Source of the DNA: Anolis carolinensis | Lineage: Eukaryota | Length of the DNA: 64,000 bases | Assembly (NCBI RefSeq): GCF_035594765.1 | Contig: NC_085843.1 | Span: forward strand, 220,759,971 to 220,823,970 | Direction of reading: 5' to 3' | In this document: piece after piece, positions 62,391-64,000 of the stretch | How the letters are laid out: every line of letters starts with the position of its first letter | Numbering within the stretch: position 1 is the first letter of the stretch | Made by a program: the position numbers and the translations under genes | Notes under the pieces: generated by a model | What the model was told of the DNA's origin: nothing | The model's database searches: none | What the model saw: only the letters and a program-made list of their open reading frames with translations

Positions 62391-64000
62391 ATGGCACATT
62401 TCAGAAGAATGAGGCTTGAAATGGCGTAGTTGTTTTGAAACAATATTTTTCCTTTCTTAATATATTCTTGTTCAACTATGTGTAGATGTGTGCGCGCGCA
62501 TATATACATATATATGTCTGTAAACACACTGGAATGTCAGGAGTCGTTTGAGAAGCTGGTTTCTTTGCGGTGGCCAAAGTGTCCAGCAGCAGACAGCCCT
62601 CATGCGCCCCCATCCAGTTTTTTTTTGTGCATGTGGCCCTTTATAAATGACAGCCCTGTTCTCTTTCTTCCCTGAGTCGGGGAATTCCTGGGCACGTGCA
62701 GAGGAGGAAATCCCTGTTTACAAAGGGGAATCCCCATTCCATAGCAGGGAACCCAGGCCCCTCCCACAGGAGCCTTGCGCCATGTGTCATTGGAGCTTCC
62801 CAGAACTCTGAGTCTGCGCTGTTTGCTACCAAGGTTCCTGGTGGATACTGGGCACTCCTTGGCATATTTGCATTGGAGTGCTTGCCGTGGCATAATATGT
62901 AGCATGATGAAGCCCTGGCGCTACTTGGTAACTGAGTTGGAGCACTACGTTTTACGTCCTTGGAAACTCTTGTGGGTGTCATTGTTATGTGGCGAGGCTT
63001 ACTTGGCATGAGCTGTGGAATAGTGAGTGTTGTTATGCTAGTCATCCTGTTTGTACCTCCTCACTTAATAAAGGAATGTATCGTTAGGCAGAACACCACA
63101 GAAGATAAGTATTTATAAACAAAATGAATGAGTTCTTTAAAAGTTACGGATAGGTGTTCAGAAAATTAAATATTCTTTAAGACTTTAAACATGGTGGGAA
63201 TTAAGCTGCCAACTTTAATAAACCATAATAGAACTTATGAGTAGAAACTCATAGGATTGCTATTGAATGTTTTACTACTGATTTTACATTGAGTATTGTG
63301 ATGTGTGCTGAGGTCTGTGCTATGTTTTTCCATGGAACCACACTTGGTTTTTTATACATGCAATACTCAACCACATTGCTTTCCAATTGTGAGCATTTTA
63401 AGTTCTTGCTGTTGAATTTTGGATACCTGGTTGATTTTATATTGCTTGAAATAATGTAAATTCTGTGGAGCTGGATTTTTTGAGACTAGATGTTTACTTG
63501 GAAACATTCCAGCAAAACTATTTACAACAATATTGTTTAATGCGTTAACACTTAAGGATACTCGTGTTGCCGTCTTGCAAGAAACAATAACATTGGCCAG
63601 CATACATTTTGGTGCCTCAAATGTTAGCCCTGTTTCTAGGTATATTTGATGGCACCAATTTCCCCTTAGCAGCTCTAGTTTTTGAGATACAGAACATATG
63701 CCATCTACCAGTCGTCATCTGCTCACCCACAGGAAATCATGATAATCAAATCTAAGAAACTAGAGCTGATGTCGTCTATCCAATGCAATTTTCTGAATCA
63801 GCTGCCCAAATAACCCCAGGAACAGGCCTAAAAACTAAGACATGAATAAAGAAAACAATTTTTAGTTGGGCTGTGTAATTAAATGAAGGGTGTCATAGAC
63901 CAATATACAACTGAAATACCATTGGTTGCTATCTATTGGGATATTGTCTTGCACATTTCTCATTCAGCTATACTGTGCTCTTGTGCTGCTTTTGCTCATT

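Overview
Vertebrate, very probably squamate (Anolis-like), genomic DNA: it is rich in Sauria SINEs, L2/CR1/BovB/Rex1 LINE fragments and SPIN/hAT/Harbinger MITEs. It holds the 5' parts of two divergently transcribed genes. SLC25A16 (mitochondrial carrier) is on the minus strand, with coding exons 1-3 at 15985-15886, 8756-8664 and 1610-1477 and a CpG-rich promoter near 16 kb. TET1 is on the plus strand, with a large CXXC-encoding exon (CDS 50135-52069) and a 54-bp exon at 61392-61445. The most notable structure surrounds the 54-bp TET1 exon. A CpG island sits where mammals have the promoter of the CXXC-less short TET1 isoform, a 1.3-kb satellite precedes it, and the whole block is bracketed by a ~600-bp composite inverted duplication. 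Other highlights: a ZNF143/THAP11-type ACTACAnnTCCCA motif shared by several unrelated MITE families, a tandem array of 5S-rRNA internal control regions, a Penelope palindrome with minimal hammerhead ribozyme motifs, a His-Gln to His-Arg change in the TET1 CXXC loop, and a hAT element carrying a CTCF consensus. Family names come from recall, not database searches, and most repeat boundaries are approximate. Almost all other ORFs in the supplied track are spurious or TE-derived.
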